A DNA stretch of 64,000 nucleotides from an uncultured archaeon (GTDB lineage Archaea; Thermoproteota; EX4484-205; JAAOZP01). The notes below the pieces were generated by a model, which ran no database searches, had not been told where the DNA came from, and worked only from the letters and a program-made list of their open reading frames with translations. A program made the position numbers and the translations under genes. Where the stretch lies: NCBI GenBank assembly GCA_938045545.1, contig CALIBN010000029.1, positions 1-64,000 of the forward strand. Direction: 5' to 3'. The stretch's first letter is position 1, and each line of letters begins with the position of its first letter. Below, piece after piece: positions 19,270 through 28,664 of this stretch.

Positions 19270-20908
19270 GCTCCGGGGTCTCGCGCAAAAAGAGCAGGAG
19301 GCGCGTAAATCCTACAGGTTTAGGATTAACGTTTGCTGCTCAAGCGGCTGCATGCCTTTCGGCGCGCTCAGGGTTTTAACCGCCTTCAGGGATGCTGTAA
19401 GGGAATTCAAGGTTGAGGAGGAGTGTTACGTTGCGAGAACGGGCTGCATAGGGACATGCTCGCTCGCCCCCGCGGTCCTCGTCGAGCCGGGTGACTATCT
19501 CTATCAGAATGTTACTCCTGAAAGGGCCAGGGAGATAGTTAAGGAGCATATTGTCAACGGCAGGCCTGTTAAAAGCATGCTTTACGGGAACGAGGCGTTC
19601 TTCAAGAAGCAGCTGAGAGTAGTCTTAAGAAACACGGGTAAAATAGATCCTTTAAGAATAGAGGATTATATTGCTGTCGGGGGCTATTACGCTCTTCTCA
19701 AGGCTTTAACCAGGATGACTCCTCAGGGTGTGATTGAGGAGGTTGCCTTAAGCGGGTTGAAGGGGCGCGGGGGCGCGGGCTTCCTGACAGGCTTGAAGTG
19801 GAGGTATGTTGCAAGAGCACCTGGGTCGCCGAAATACGTTATAGCTAACCTTGACGAGGGTGACCCAGGTGTTTTCGCGAACCGCACGCTGGCCGAGGCT
19901 GATCCGCACGCGATTCTGGAGGGAATGGCTATAGCTGCATACGCCGTAGGCTCTCAGAAGGGTTACATATATGTTCGCAGTGAATACCCGTTGGCTGTCC
20001 AGACTCTTAAGAAGGCTATTGAGGCGGCGAAGAGCATGGGTTTTCTGGGCGAGAATATTTTCGAGACTTCTTTCAGCTTCGACGTTGAGCTGAGGCTTGG
20101 CGCAGGAGCATTCGTGGCCGGCGAAGAGACCGCTATACTCGCCTCCATAGAGGGTCGCAGAGCCATGCCTAGGCCTAGGCCTCCCTACCCTGCGCAGTCA
20201 GGCCTCTGGGGGAAGCCTACTCTGGTAAATAATGTGGAAACCTTGGCGAACGTTCCAGTAATACTGCTAAAGGGTAGCGAATGGTTCTCAAGCATAGGCT
20301 CGAAGAACTGTACGGGGACGAAATGCTTCTCGCTAACCGGCAAGGTGAACAACCCGGGCTTGATTGAAGTCCCGATGGGCATAACCCTGAGGGAGGTTGT
20401 GTTTGAAATAGGTGGAGGCGTGCCGCCGGGGAGGCGTTTCAAGGCTGTTCAAGTAGGCGGGCCCTCAGGAGGATTCCTTCCTGAGCAGCTTCTCGACCTC
20501 CCGATAGACTATGAGTCTCTTACTAAAGCGGGGGCAATAATGGGCTCCGGGGGGATTGTTGTGCTAGACGACACATCATGCATGGTTGACACGGCGAAGT
20601 TCTTCACAGAGTTCTGCGTAGACGAGTCCTGCGGCAAGTGTACTCCTTGCAGAGCCGGTCTCCACAAGCTTTTCAAGATTCTCGACGGCTTCACGCGGGG
20701 GGAAGGGAGTGTTGAAGACTTGTCTAAGGTTGAGGACCTGTGTGAGTTCATCAAGGAGGCTAGTCTCTGCGGCCTAGGCCAGACGGCTCCAAACCCTACC
20801 CTGACGACGCTCAGATACTTTAGGGACGAGTATGTCGCACACGTCATGGATAAGAGGTGTCCCGCGGGCAAATGCTTCAGGAGCGGTGGAGGTGGCGGAG
20901 TTGAGTAA
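19256..20908 (+). CDS. hoxF: Bidirectional hydrogenase diaphorase flavoprotein (NuoF-like with N-terminal 2Fe-2S domain)
   Basis: GRGGAGF, DEGDPG, GEETA, NNVET, GGPSGG, ESCGKCTPC, SLCGLG. Confidence 0.9.
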   Translation: MKPDELRGLAQKEQEARKSYRFRINVCCSSGCMPFGALRVLTAFRDAVREFKVEEECYVARTGCIGTCSLAPAVLVEPGDYLYQNVTPERAREIVKEHIVNGRPVKSMLYGNEAFFKKQLRVVLRNTGKIDPLRIEDYIAVGGYYALLKALTRMTPQGVIEEVALSGLKGRGGAGFLTGLKWRYVARAPGSPKYVIANLDEGDPGVFANRTLAEADPHAILEGMAIAAYAVGSQKGYIYVRSEYPLAVQTLKKAIEAAKSMGFLGENIFETSFSFDVELRLGAGAFVAGEETAILASIEGRRAMPRPRPPYPAQSGLWGKPTLVNNVETLANVPVILLKGSEWFSSIGSKNCTGTKCFSLTGKVNNPGLIEVPMGITLREVVFEIGGGVPPGRRFKAVQVGGPSGGFLPEQLLDLPIDYESLTKAGAIMGSGGIVVLDDTSCMVDTAKFFTEFCVDESCGKCTPCRAGLHKLFKILDGFTRGEGSVEDLSKVEDLCEFIKEASLCGLGQTAPNPTLTTLRYFRDEYVAHVMDKRCPAGKCFRSGGGGGVE

Positions 20909-21605
20909 GCCCATAGAGCTCACTATAGACGGGAGGAAGGTGGTTGCAGAAGAAGGGGAAACTATTCTTAAGGCTGCGAAGAAGAACGGGATATACGTTC
21001 CAACGTTATGTTACCTTGAAGGAGTTTCTTCATTCGGCGGATGCAGGCTCTGCATGGTTGAGATTAAAGGTTCTCCAAGGCTTTTCGCCTCATGCATCAC
21101 ACCTGTGGCTGAAGGAATGGAAGTGCTTACGGATTCGGAGAGGCTCAGGCGCTACCGGAAATGGGCGGTGGAGCTTCTTTTAGCTGAGAGGCCACACGTC
21201 TGCTCGGTCTGCGTTGCCAACGGAAGCTGCGAGCTTCAGCAGCTCGCCACGGAGCTCGGGGTTGATCACCTCAGGGTGGATAGGGAGTGGACTGACTATG
21301 AGGTTGACCTTACTCACGAGAGGTTTGCGTATGACCCTAACAGGTGTATCCTCTGCACGCGTTGCATAAGGGTCTGTGACGAGGTTGAGGGCGTGCACAC
21401 TTTAGACCTTATGCTCAGAGGTAAGAACTCTAAAGTTGTTTTCGACCTGGATGAAAACTGGGGTTTCTCGCAATCCTGCACTTCCTGTGGAAAGTGCTCT
21501 GCAGCATGCCCTGTCGGAGCGCTATATGTTAAGGGTAAGCCTCTTTCAGAGGTTAAGAAGAAGGATCTCGTCTCATTCATAATGGAGAGGAGGAGTGGTA
21601 AATAG
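20901..21605 (+). CDS. hoxU: Bidirectional hydrogenase Fe-S subunit
   Basis: PTLC..GGCRLC..SC, HVCSVCVANGSCELQ, CILCTRC, CTSCGKC; TTG start at 20901 after GGAGGTGG. Confidence 0.9.
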   Translation: MSKPIELTIDGRKVVAEEGETILKAAKKNGIYVPTLCYLEGVSSFGGCRLCMVEIKGSPRLFASCITPVAEGMEVLTDSERLRRYRKWAVELLLAERPHVCSVCVANGSCELQQLATELGVDHLRVDREWTDYEVDLTHERFAYDPNRCILCTRCIRVCDEVEGVHTLDLMLRGKNSKVVFDLDENWGFSQSCTSCGKCSAACPVGALYVKGKPLSEVKKKDLVSFIMERRSGK

Positions 21606-22139
21606 TTGGCTAAGGTGAGGCTGGCAACAGTCTGGCTGAGCGGCTGCTCAGGGTGCCACATGTCCTTCCTGGATCAGGATGAGAAGGTTCTTGAGCTGGC
21701 TGAGAAGATTGAGCTTGTCTACAGTCCAATCGCTGACGTTAAGGATTTCCCTGAGAACGTCGACGTTACGCTTGTAGAAGGCGCTGTTGGAAACGAGGAG
21801 CAACTCGAGCTTTTAAAACGAATTAGGAGGAATACTAGGATTCTCGTAGCGCTTGGTGACTGTGCTGTAAACGGAAACGTGACAGCCCTGAGGAACAGCC
21901 TGAGGAACAGTGATGAAGAGGTTTTGAAAAGAGCCTATGTCGAAAACGCGAGCATTAATCAGGCTGCTCCGAAACAGGTGCCCAGGCTCCTGAAGAGGGT
22001 TCTGGCTTTAAACGAGGTTGTTAATGTTGACGCCTATGTTCCAGGCTGCCCACCATCTGCGGAGTTGATAAACCAGGTTTTGAACGATCTTCTGGAGGGC
22101 AGGACTCCGGTTTTAGAAGGCAGGTTTAAGTACGGTTAG
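21606..22139 (+). CDS. hoxY: Group 3d [NiFe] hydrogenase small subunit
   Basis: WLSGCSGCHMS, GDCA, PGCPP; 177 aa single-cluster form. Confidence 0.9.
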   Translation: MAKVRLATVWLSGCSGCHMSFLDQDEKVLELAEKIELVYSPIADVKDFPENVDVTLVEGAVGNEEQLELLKRIRRNTRILVALGDCAVNGNVTALRNSLRNSDEEVLKRAYVENASINQAAPKQVPRLLKRVLALNEVVNVDAYVPGCPPSAELINQVLNDLLEGRTPVLEGRFKYG

Positions 22140-22148
22140 GAGGATTGG

Positions 22149-23585
22149 TTGAAAATGGTTGAGGAGATTGTTGTCAACCCGGTCACCAGAATAGAGGGTC
22201 ACGCGAAGATAACGATACATCTTAACGAAGATGGATCAGTCAGAGAGGCTAGGTTCCACGTCACGGATTTCAGAGGTTTTGAAAAATTCTGCGAAGGAAG
22301 ACCATTCTACGAGATGCCGAGCATAACTTCAAGGATATGCGGCATATGCCCAGTAAGCCACCTGCTGGCTTCCGCGAAAGCATGCGACGATCTCGTCGCT
22401 GTTGAAACACCTAGAACAGCAGTGTTGCTGCGCAGACTGATGCACATGGGTCAAATAATACAGTCCCACGCTTTAAGCTTCTTCTACCTTTCCTCTCCAG
22501 ACTTCCTGCTCGGTATGGATTCAGACCCGTCTAGAAGAAACATTCTCGGCCTCGCTGAAAAGCATCCTGAGATCGCTAAGCAGGGAGTCTGGCTTAGAAA
22601 ATTTGGACAGAGCATTATTGAAAGCCTTGCAGGAAAAAGGATTCACTCGAGCGACTGGATTGTACCGGGCGGCGTGAAAACACCGCTCTCCAAGGAAAAG
22701 GCTGAGGCGATTCTCTCCGCGATTCCTAAGGCTGTCGAGACCGCTTTAAACGCAGTCACGCTATTCAGTAAAACTCTTGAAAGCCTCGGGGATAATGTTG
22801 GAGACTTTGGAGACTTCCCGTCTTACTATATGGGTCTCGTCACAAGGGACGGTGGGCTCGAACACTACGATGGCAGGATAAGGATAATGAGCTCAGATGG
22901 AAAGATAGTGGCGGACCAACTGGATCCTTCTAAATACTTCGAATACATCGGGGAGGCTGTTGAAGACTGGTCTTACATGAAGTTCCCATACTACAAGCCT
23001 GCGGGCTACCCTGGAGGTGCCTACCGGGTGGGCCCACTCGCCAGGCTTAACGTTTCTTCGCGCTGCGGCACAAGGATTGCAGACGGCCTCCTAAAGGAGT
23101 TTAAGAAGCTTGGCGGCAACGGCGTTGTTCAAAACACCTTCATGTATCACTATGCCCGCCTGATCGAAATAGTCTACTGCGTCGAGAAGGCTGAGGAGAT
23201 CCTCCGAGACCCTGAGATTTTTGACATGAACATTCAGGCTAAAGCCTCCCTTAACAGGAGGGAAGGCACAGGGGTGATTGAGGCCCCTAGGGGAACCTTG
23301 ATCCACCACTATAGGGTTGACGAGCAGGGTAGGATAAGCTGGGTTAACCTGATAATCGCCACCGTTAACAATAATCTTGCTTTCAACAGGGCTGTTGCCC
23401 AGGTTGCTAAAAAATACGTTAATGGGCGGACCCTCAGCGAAGGGATGCTGAACAGGGTTGAGGCTGTTGTGCGCGCCCTAGATCCTTGCCTAAGCTGTGC
23501 GACCCACGCCATAGGCGAAATGCCTCTGAAGATATTGCTTTACGACTCTGAAAACAACCTCGTGGATGAGGTTGGAAGAGGCTGA
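22149..23585 (+). CDS. hoxH: Group 3d [NiFe] hydrogenase large subunit
   Basis: PVTRIEGHAKI, L1 RICGICPVSH, EAPRGTL, L2 DPCLSCATH with C-terminal extension. Confidence 0.9.
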   Translation: MKMVEEIVVNPVTRIEGHAKITIHLNEDGSVREARFHVTDFRGFEKFCEGRPFYEMPSITSRICGICPVSHLLASAKACDDLVAVETPRTAVLLRRLMHMGQIIQSHALSFFYLSSPDFLLGMDSDPSRRNILGLAEKHPEIAKQGVWLRKFGQSIIESLAGKRIHSSDWIVPGGVKTPLSKEKAEAILSAIPKAVETALNAVTLFSKTLESLGDNVGDFGDFPSYYMGLVTRDGGLEHYDGRIRIMSSDGKIVADQLDPSKYFEYIGEAVEDWSYMKFPYYKPAGYPGGAYRVGPLARLNVSSRCGTRIADGLLKEFKKLGGNGVVQNTFMYHYARLIEIVYCVEKAEEILRDPEIFDMNIQAKASLNRREGTGVIEAPRGTLIHHYRVDEQGRISWVNLIIATVNNNLAFNRAVAQVAKKYVNGRTLSEGMLNRVEAVVRALDPCLSCATHAIGEMPLKILLYDSENNLVDEVGRG

Positions 23586-23693
23586 TAATGGCTTTTAAAT
23601 ATTTAATTTAAGCCTTTTTTAAACCCTTTTTAAGGCAATTTAAGGCATTTTTCTGTTCATTAAGTACTGTCCTAAAGATTTATATATTAATCT

Positions 23694-24020
23694 TTGGGAT
23701 TTGTTAACGATATAGAATTGTCAATCAAAAAGGAGGATGAGGAAGCGTTCAAGCATGCGGCCAAAGTTTTCAAGGCACTGGCCGACCCAACCCGGCTTAG
23801 AATACTCTCGATAATAGAGGGCGAGAGCATGATGATAACGGGCATCGTGGAGAAGTTCAACCTCTCCCAGCCCACAGTATCATACCACATCAGGATTCTC
23901 GAGAACGCTGGCTTGGTTAAAACCGTTAAGAAGGGCAGGGAAGTATACTGCTCCCTCGTTAAGAAGGGCGTGTTAAAGAGGGCGCTAGACTTCTCAAAGT
24001 GGGTTAAAGGCGCGGAGTAA
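23694..24020 (+). CDS. ArsR/SmtB-family transcriptional regulator
   Basis: FKALADPTRLRIL, LSQPTVSYHIRILENAGLV. Confidence 0.9.
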   Translation: MGFVNDIELSIKKEDEEAFKHAAKVFKALADPTRLRILSIIEGESMMITGIVEKFNLSQPTVSYHIRILENAGLVKTVKKGREVYCSLVKKGVLKRALDFSKWVKGAE

Positions 24021-24113
24021 AAAATACGGACGACCATTAGAAGCCGGCCGCGTTATTCCGATCCATATCTCTCAAAAATTTTATTTCCAAGCCGTAAGCA
24101 ATTAGAGTGAGGA

Positions 24114-24983
24114 TTGAAGATAGAACCGATCTGCTCCGACTCGATGGGGGTTAGAAGCATGGCTACGCTCGTTGAGACTAGAGACCTGAGGCTTATGATA
24201 GACCCTGCCGCTGCGGTCGCGCCTCGAAGATACGGGCTCCCGCCGCATCCGAGGGAGCTCAGCCTCCTCGAGGAATTCTGGAGGAGAATAGCCTCTGCGG
24301 CAGAGGAATGCGAAGTAATTGTGGTGACGCACTACCATTATGATCATCACAGTTCAACAAGGTTTCTCGAGGAGATCTACAGGGGAAGAATAGTCATAGT
24401 CAAGGATCCGGAGAACATGATAAACTTCAGCCAGAGGGGAAGGGCAAGAATGTTTCTCGAGAGGATCAAGCCGATTGCTGCCCAGGTTATGGTTGCAGAC
24501 GGCAAGAAGCATGTTTTCAGTGAGACTAGGCTTGAGTTCTCCGACCCTGTTCCACACGGCCCAGATAGCCAGCTGGGCTACGTCGTCCAACTTAGCGTTA
24601 AGGATTCCACGGAAAGTTTTCTCTTCACGAGCGATGTGCAGGGCTTTCCGTTGGACTACCAGGTTAAGTTTGTAATCGGGAAGAAGCCGAGCACAATTTT
24701 CATAGACGGCCCATCTACGTATATGCTTGGTCTAAACCTCACAGTGGAGGAGCTTGAAGCCAGCCTTAGAAACATCAGGGGGATAATGAGCCAGGTGCGT
24801 CCCTCAGTGATGATTCTCGACCACCACCTGCTGAGAGACTTGGAGTGGAGGAAGCATTTCGTAAGCTTGTTTGAGGAGGCTGAAAAAATGGGCGTAGCCT
24901 TAGAATCCGCCGCGGAATACGTGCACATGGAGGCCAATCAGCTTGAGGCCTTAAGGGGCTCGCTTTATGCCGCTAAGGTTTGA
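24114..24983 (+). CDS. Metallo-beta-lactamase-fold hydrolase (UPF0282-like)
   Basis: DSMGVRSMAT, THYHYDHH, PVPHG, SDVQG, DHHLLRD. Confidence 0.85.
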   Translation: MKIEPICSDSMGVRSMATLVETRDLRLMIDPAAAVAPRRYGLPPHPRELSLLEEFWRRIASAAEECEVIVVTHYHYDHHSSTRFLEEIYRGRIVIVKDPENMINFSQRGRARMFLERIKPIAAQVMVADGKKHVFSETRLEFSDPVPHGPDSQLGYVVQLSVKDSTESFLFTSDVQGFPLDYQVKFVIGKKPSTIFIDGPSTYMLGLNLTVEELEASLRNIRGIMSQVRPSVMILDHHLLRDLEWRKHFVSLFEEAEKMGVALESAAEYVHMEANQLEALRGSLYAAKV

Positions 24984-25064
24984 AGAAAAGCAGTTTTACT
25001 ACTTTACATTTTTTGATAACTATGCAGGAAGAAACCTTTATAAAATACCTGCTATGCCCTATTT

Positions 25065-27527
25065 ATGATGAGAAAAATGATGCGGCAAGATTTAAAGAGC
25101 AAGATAACACCATGCGCAGCGTCGATCCTAATTCTCCTGATGTTGACACAAGCTGTAGGACTAATAGTCACAACTCTTTCAGCGCCAGAGGAGTATCCAA
25201 TTTACAAATACGGGTGGTTTGACGAAGTAGTCTTCTTTCCGGTGGCGGATGCGGCTAAGGCTGTTGAAATGATGGAGAAGGGAGACATGGACATCTACTT
25301 CAAAGATATAGGTGACCCGACGCTCTTCAGGAGGGTACGGGATTCACCAGCATTGTCCTACGAGTTCTCATACGGCTTGTATTACGAGCTTACCTTCAAC
25401 CCTGTTGGGCCAGAGACCCTAGACGGCAAGTTCAACCCGTTCTACAATCCTAAGATAAGGGAAGCCATGAACATGCTTGTAGACAGGCAGTATATAGTGG
25501 ACGAGATCTCAGGGGGTCTTGCAATACCTAAGTATGTGCCGGTCTGCAATGGTTTCCCAGACTACAAGAGGCATGAGACCGTGATAAAAAGTATTGAGGC
25601 CAAATACGCGTACAATTTCGAAAAGGCGAAGGAAATAATATTCGGAGAGTTGTCTAAGGAGCCAAAGGTAGAGTATAGCGGTGGAAAGTGGCTCTACAAG
25701 GGCGAACCGATCGTCTTGAAATTCATCATAAGGACAGAGGATAGGAGGAGGCAAATAGGAGACTATGTTTCAGGACAATTGGAGAAGCTCGGCTTCACGG
25801 TGGATAGGCAGTATAAGACTTCGAGAGAGGCCTCTCCAATATGGATGAGGGGTAATCCTGCTGAGGGAAGATGGCATGTGTACACTGGCGGCTGGGTGAC
25901 GACAGTGGTTTCGAGGGACGATTCCGACAACTTCCAGTTCTTCTACACCAGTAAGTCTGGCATGGCATCCATCAGCCCCCTGTGGGCTTCATACAAGCCC
26001 TCCCCTGAGTTCAGCGATCTTGCAGATAAGCTTGCTGAAAAGAAGTTCACCACCATGGAGGAGAGAACAGCCTGGATGAGTCGAGCGTTCGAACTGGCGC
26101 TTCAAGACTCTGTTAGAGTCTGGCTCGTAGACCAGACTGCAGCCTGGGTTAAGAGGAAGGAGATAACCGCCATAGCTGACTACTCTGGAGGTTACTGGGT
26201 CGGAATATGGGGATTCACATTGAACCGTGGAGGCACTCTAGGCGGATCGGTGAAAATAGGCAGCTCAGACGTGTTGACTGGAGACGCATGGAACCCGATT
26301 TCCGGGTCCAACTGGATATACGACGGCATGGTGAGCTCAGCAACAGGCATGCCTGCTTTCTTAAGCGATCCTAAAAGCGGGCTCCCAATACCGACAGGCT
26401 TCGTTAAAAGCGTTAAGATAGAGGCGGAGAAAGGCCTCTTAACCTTCCAGAACCCTGAGAGCACTGGCTGGCTAACCCTAACCTTCGTTGACAGTGTTGC
26501 AATACCTTCAGACGCGTGGTACGGCTGGGATGTTGAGAAAAAGAAGATCGTGACTGCTGGAGAGGCAGGCGTAACCAGCGCGAAGGTAAAGGTGGTTGCA
26601 GAGTACGAGGACATCATAGGCAAGTTCGAATACCACGACGGGACGGTTATGAGTCTAGCCGACTGGGTGTGGAGCTGGCCCCTCAACTTTGAGAGAGCCA
26701 GTAACATAAGTGCTCTCTACGACGAGGCCTATGTTGGCTCATTCCAATCCTGGAGGGAAGTTTTCAAGGCGTGGAGGATTCTGAGCGAGCACCCGTTGAG
26801 AATAGAGTGGTACACCGACTACACTAACATGGATGCTGAGCTAATAGCTAGTGCTTACGTGGGTTTAGCTGGGCCATGGCACACCACCGCAATAGGCATT
26901 AGGGCGGAGGAGAAAGGCCTCCTAGCCTTCGGCCAAGATAAGGCTTTGAAGAATAAAGTTGAGTGGATGAACTACATAGCTGGCCCAAGCCTTGGAATAC
27001 TCTCTCAGATGCTGGACGAAGCAATAACGGAAGGCTACATACCTTTCAGGGAGCTTAACAGCCAGTATATCAGTGTGGATGAGGCTAGAGCAAGGTATAA
27101 CGCCCTTAAAAAATGGTATTCTACGTACAAGCACTTCTGGGTTGGAGCCGGCCCCTACTACTTGGAGACAGCTGACATAACTGCTCACACAGCGGTTCTG
27201 AAACCGTTCCGAAAGCTTCTGCAGCGTGAGCTCACGATCTCTGTGGAGGGAAGTGGGACAACTGATCCTGAACCTGGTTCACACGGGTACCTTGGGCGTG
27301 AAACAGTGACAATAAGGGCTAAACCGGGCTTCCTAAGCGTCCTTGAAAAATGGGTTGTCGACGGAGTGGAGAAGGGAGCATCCGAGACGCTCACGCTTGT
27401 TACTGATAAGCCTCACAACGTTAAAGCCGTGTTCAGAGTATGGTATGAGGCGGTAATCGGAATAGTCGCGGTGATCGTGGTCATCGTCATAGTCGCGATA
27501 CTATTTTTAAGGAAGAAAAGGAAATAG
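25065..27527 (+). CDS. Peptide ABC transporter substrate-binding protein (family 5) with C-terminal InlB-B-repeat-like domain and membrane anchor
   Basis: Signal peptide, NPKIREAMN.LVDR, GAGPYYL; C-terminal LTISVEGSGTT.P..G...TVTI.A.P....W..DG, TM helix and RKKRK. Confidence 0.85.
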   Translation: MMRKMMRQDLKSKITPCAASILILLMLTQAVGLIVTTLSAPEEYPIYKYGWFDEVVFFPVADAAKAVEMMEKGDMDIYFKDIGDPTLFRRVRDSPALSYEFSYGLYYELTFNPVGPETLDGKFNPFYNPKIREAMNMLVDRQYIVDEISGGLAIPKYVPVCNGFPDYKRHETVIKSIEAKYAYNFEKAKEIIFGELSKEPKVEYSGGKWLYKGEPIVLKFIIRTEDRRRQIGDYVSGQLEKLGFTVDRQYKTSREASPIWMRGNPAEGRWHVYTGGWVTTVVSRDDSDNFQFFYTSKSGMASISPLWASYKPSPEFSDLADKLAEKKFTTMEERTAWMSRAFELALQDSVRVWLVDQTAAWVKRKEITAIADYSGGYWVGIWGFTLNRGGTLGGSVKIGSSDVLTGDAWNPISGSNWIYDGMVSSATGMPAFLSDPKSGLPIPTGFVKSVKIEAEKGLLTFQNPESTGWLTLTFVDSVAIPSDAWYGWDVEKKKIVTAGEAGVTSAKVKVVAEYEDIIGKFEYHDGTVMSLADWVWSWPLNFERASNISALYDEAYVGSFQSWREVFKAWRILSEHPLRIEWYTDYTNMDAELIASAYVGLAGPWHTTAIGIRAEEKGLLAFGQDKALKNKVEWMNYIAGPSLGILSQMLDEAITEGYIPFRELNSQYISVDEARARYNALKKWYSTYKHFWVGAGPYYLETADITAHTAVLKPFRKLLQRELTISVEGSGTTDPEPGSHGYLGRETVTIRAKPGFLSVLEKWVVDGVEKGASETLTLVTDKPHNVKAVFRVWYEAVIGIVAVIVVIVIVAILFLRKKRK

Positions 27528-27599
27528 CTGTGCATCAGAAAAGTTTTTATCCTCTTCTTTTTTCTCCTTTGGAAAAATGAGCAGGGTGACCCATGGTCG

Positions 27600-28664
27600 A
27601 TGATTCCCAAGGGTTTCTTAAAATTCGTGGCTAAAAGGACAGTCTTGCTGCTTATAAGCCTCGTAATCGCTGTATACATATCTATATTGCTTGCTAACTT
27701 CGGTGGTCTTATAGATGAGATGGTTAAAGCCGACCTTCTGATGAGCATTACGATGAACGTTAGGAATAACCCTGCTTACCAAGGGCTCACAGCCTCCGAG
27801 AGGCAGAGGATAATAGACAGCATGTACCAGGCCGCGTTGGAGGCGAGGGGGCTTAACACCCCGTTCTTAGTAAGGAGTCTCTACCACTTGAAGAACGCCT
27901 TAACCATGGATCTGGGGACAGCCCTCTACTTAACGAGCGACAGCGGGTCGAAACAGGTGAGGCTGATAATCTTGGAGAGGCTGCCTCAAACAGTAATGCT
28001 TTTCACGACGGTGACAGTGATCAACTTCTTCCTTAATCTTCTCGGGGGCCTTTTCATAGCCAGGAAATACGGCTCTAAAATCGATAGGGCAATAGCAGCC
28101 TTGGCTCCGACGTCAGTAATACCCGGCTGGGTTTACGGGATATTTCTAATTCTGATCTTCTACACGTGGCTGCACGTTCTCCCTCCTGGCGGTTTGGTGG
28201 ATTATCCCCCGCCTAAGGATCCTGCTCTATACTTCCTGTCTGTTTTAAAACACATGATATTGCCGATGCTCTCTTGGATAATAGCTGGATTATTCTTAGG
28301 GCTCTATTCGAACAGGACCTTCTTCCTGATATTCTCAACGGAGGATTACGTGGAGGTGGCTAGAGCAAAAGGTCTTCCGCCCAGACAGGTGGATATGGGC
28401 TACGTGATGAGGCCGACACTGCCTTCGATAATAACCGGGCTCTCCCTAGCCATCATCGGCTCATGGGGAGGTGCCATAATAACTGAGACGGTGTTCGACT
28501 GGCCTGGATTAGGCAGGCTCTTGGCGGCAGCGCTCTCCTATCCAGATCCTCCCGTGATAGTGGGGGAGGTAGCAATATACGCTTGGCTGTTAACCATAAC
28601 GGTCTTAACGCTGGATGTTATTTATGCTTTTCTAGATCCAAGGGTTAAAGTATGGGGTGGTTAA
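27600..28664 (+). CDS. Peptide ABC transporter permease (DppB/OppB-like)
   Basis: ERLPQT, EDYVEVARAKGL EAA loop, ETVFDWPGLG. Confidence 0.9.
   Translation: MIPKGFLKFVAKRTVLLLISLVIAVYISILLANFGGLIDEMVKADLLMSITMNVRNNPAYQGLTASERQRIIDSMYQAALEARGLNTPFLVRSLYHLKNALTMDLGTALYLTSDSGSKQVRLIILERLPQTVMLFTTVTVINFFLNLLGGLFIARKYGSKIDRAIAALAPTSVIPGWVYGIFLILIFYTWLHVLPPGGLVDYPPPKDPALYFLSVLKHMILPMLSWIIAGLFLGLYSNRTFFLIFSTEDYVEVARAKGLPPRQVDMGYVMRPTLPSIITGLSLAIIGSWGGAIITETVFDWPGLGRLLAAALSYPDPPVIVGEVAIYAWLLTITVLTLDVIYAFLDPRVKVWGG

Noticed and set aside
18751-21605. Respiratory complex I nuoEFG
   Set aside because: Directly followed by [NiFe] small and large subunit genes and no membrane nuo genes, so this is a Hox diaphorase
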